Made by a program: the position numbers and the translations under genes. Below the pieces are notes generated by a model. That model made no database searches and was not told the DNA's origin. It saw nothing but the letters and a program-made list of their open reading frames with translations. A stretch of 64,000 nt of DNA from NCBI GenBank assembly GCA_014905635.1, contig JABVCE010000008.1, forward strand, positions 372,001 through 436,000, read 5' to 3'. The first letter of the stretch is position 1. Each line of letters starts with the position of its first letter. This document shows, in pieces, positions 63,174-64,000 of the stretch. This DNA is from Scenedesmus sp. PABB004 (Eukaryota).

Positions 63174-64000
63174 ATGGAGCGGCCTCGGGAGCCCAGCTCC
63201 ACCGGTGCCAGCACGCCCCGGAGCAGCAGCAGCAATTACCCCGCCCCCAGCGTGAAGGGCCGGGCCATCAAGCTCATCAAGGGCGCGAGCCAGCGCACGC
63301 CCCGGACGACCGAGGATGGTGCGCCCCCCCCCCCCCCGTGACTCGCCCGCGGCGCCCCGCGCGCCCGGACGCCGGCAGGACGCAGAGGCAGCCGGCAGCG
63401 CGCTATCGCTGCCCCGCGGTCCACGCCGCGCGGCCGGAGGGGGCGCGGCGGGCGCGCGGCGCCGCGCGCCGCTGCTCCGCGCGCGCGCCGTCCGCGCGAC
63501 CGCCGCCGCCGCGCCGCGCCGCCGCCGCCGCAGAGCCGCTGCTGCTGACGCGCTCGCCGCCGAGCGTGGAGGAGGAGAGGGGCGCGTCGCCGTGGTGGGA
63601 CCCGCAGCGCGATGTCGCGTCGTCGCTGCACATGCTGATGAGCAGCTGGCTCAACCTGCTGCTCATCACCATCCCGCTCGGCTTTGCCGCCGAGATGCTG
63701 CACTGGCAGGCCACCACCGTGTTCATGCTGGTGCGGCGCGCGTGCGCGCGCGCGCGGCGGGGGCAGCAGCGGGGCCAGCACGGCGCCGACCCGCCCGCCG
63801 CCCGCCGCCGCCGCGGCAGAACCTGGCCGGCCTCATCCCCCTGGCGCTGCTGCTCGGCGAGGTGACGGAGGACCTCGCGCTGCGCCTCGGCGAGACCATC
63901 GGCGGCCTGCTCAACGCAACGTTTGGCAACGTGGTCGAACTCATCCTCAGGTGCGCCGCCGCGCGGCCCGCGCCGCCGCGCGGCCCGCGCCGCCGCCGCC
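63174..64000 (+). CDS. CAX: Ca2+/H+ exchanger (CAX family), 5' part, truncated by window
   Basis: [12 protein letters not shown], |[42 protein letters not shown] (alpha-1 repeat GNxxE). Confidence 0.92.

Overview
Extremely GC-rich, gene-dense eukaryotic nuclear DNA with many short GC-rich spliceosomal introns. Pherophorin, CCB2-like and plastid-targeted genes point to a chlorophyte green alga; Sphaeropleales is an inference from style only. I reconstructed about 22 genes by joining exons by eye: CCB2-like (partial), pherophorin-like, a giant PKD/Ig-like plus Pro/Gly-rich secreted protein, DNA ligase IV, PAC4/PSMG4-like, MCM7, CAP/PR-1, two inverted LRR paralogues, p24/GOLD, a small membrane protein, a TKL kinase, mARC/MOSC, two tandem dual-specificity phosphatases, OYE/OPR, F-box/LRR, a conserved hypothetical, an M16 peptidase, a MYND-finger protein, a Cys/Pro-rich secreted protein, a DUF3598-like protein and CAX (partial). 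Three observations stand out. (1) A ~2.7 kb LRR gene cassette occurs twice in inverted orientation. Each copy is bracketed by direct repeats of one non-coding element of up to ~190 bp, and the two proteins differ in short hypervariable patches while their 3' ends are nearly identical. (2) GC-AG introns are unusually frequent, including five in a row in LIG4. (3) The M16 peptidase has a twin-arginine (thylakoid lumen) signal. Exon boundaries are manual and untested. Most long ORFs in the supplied track are GC-driven shadows.
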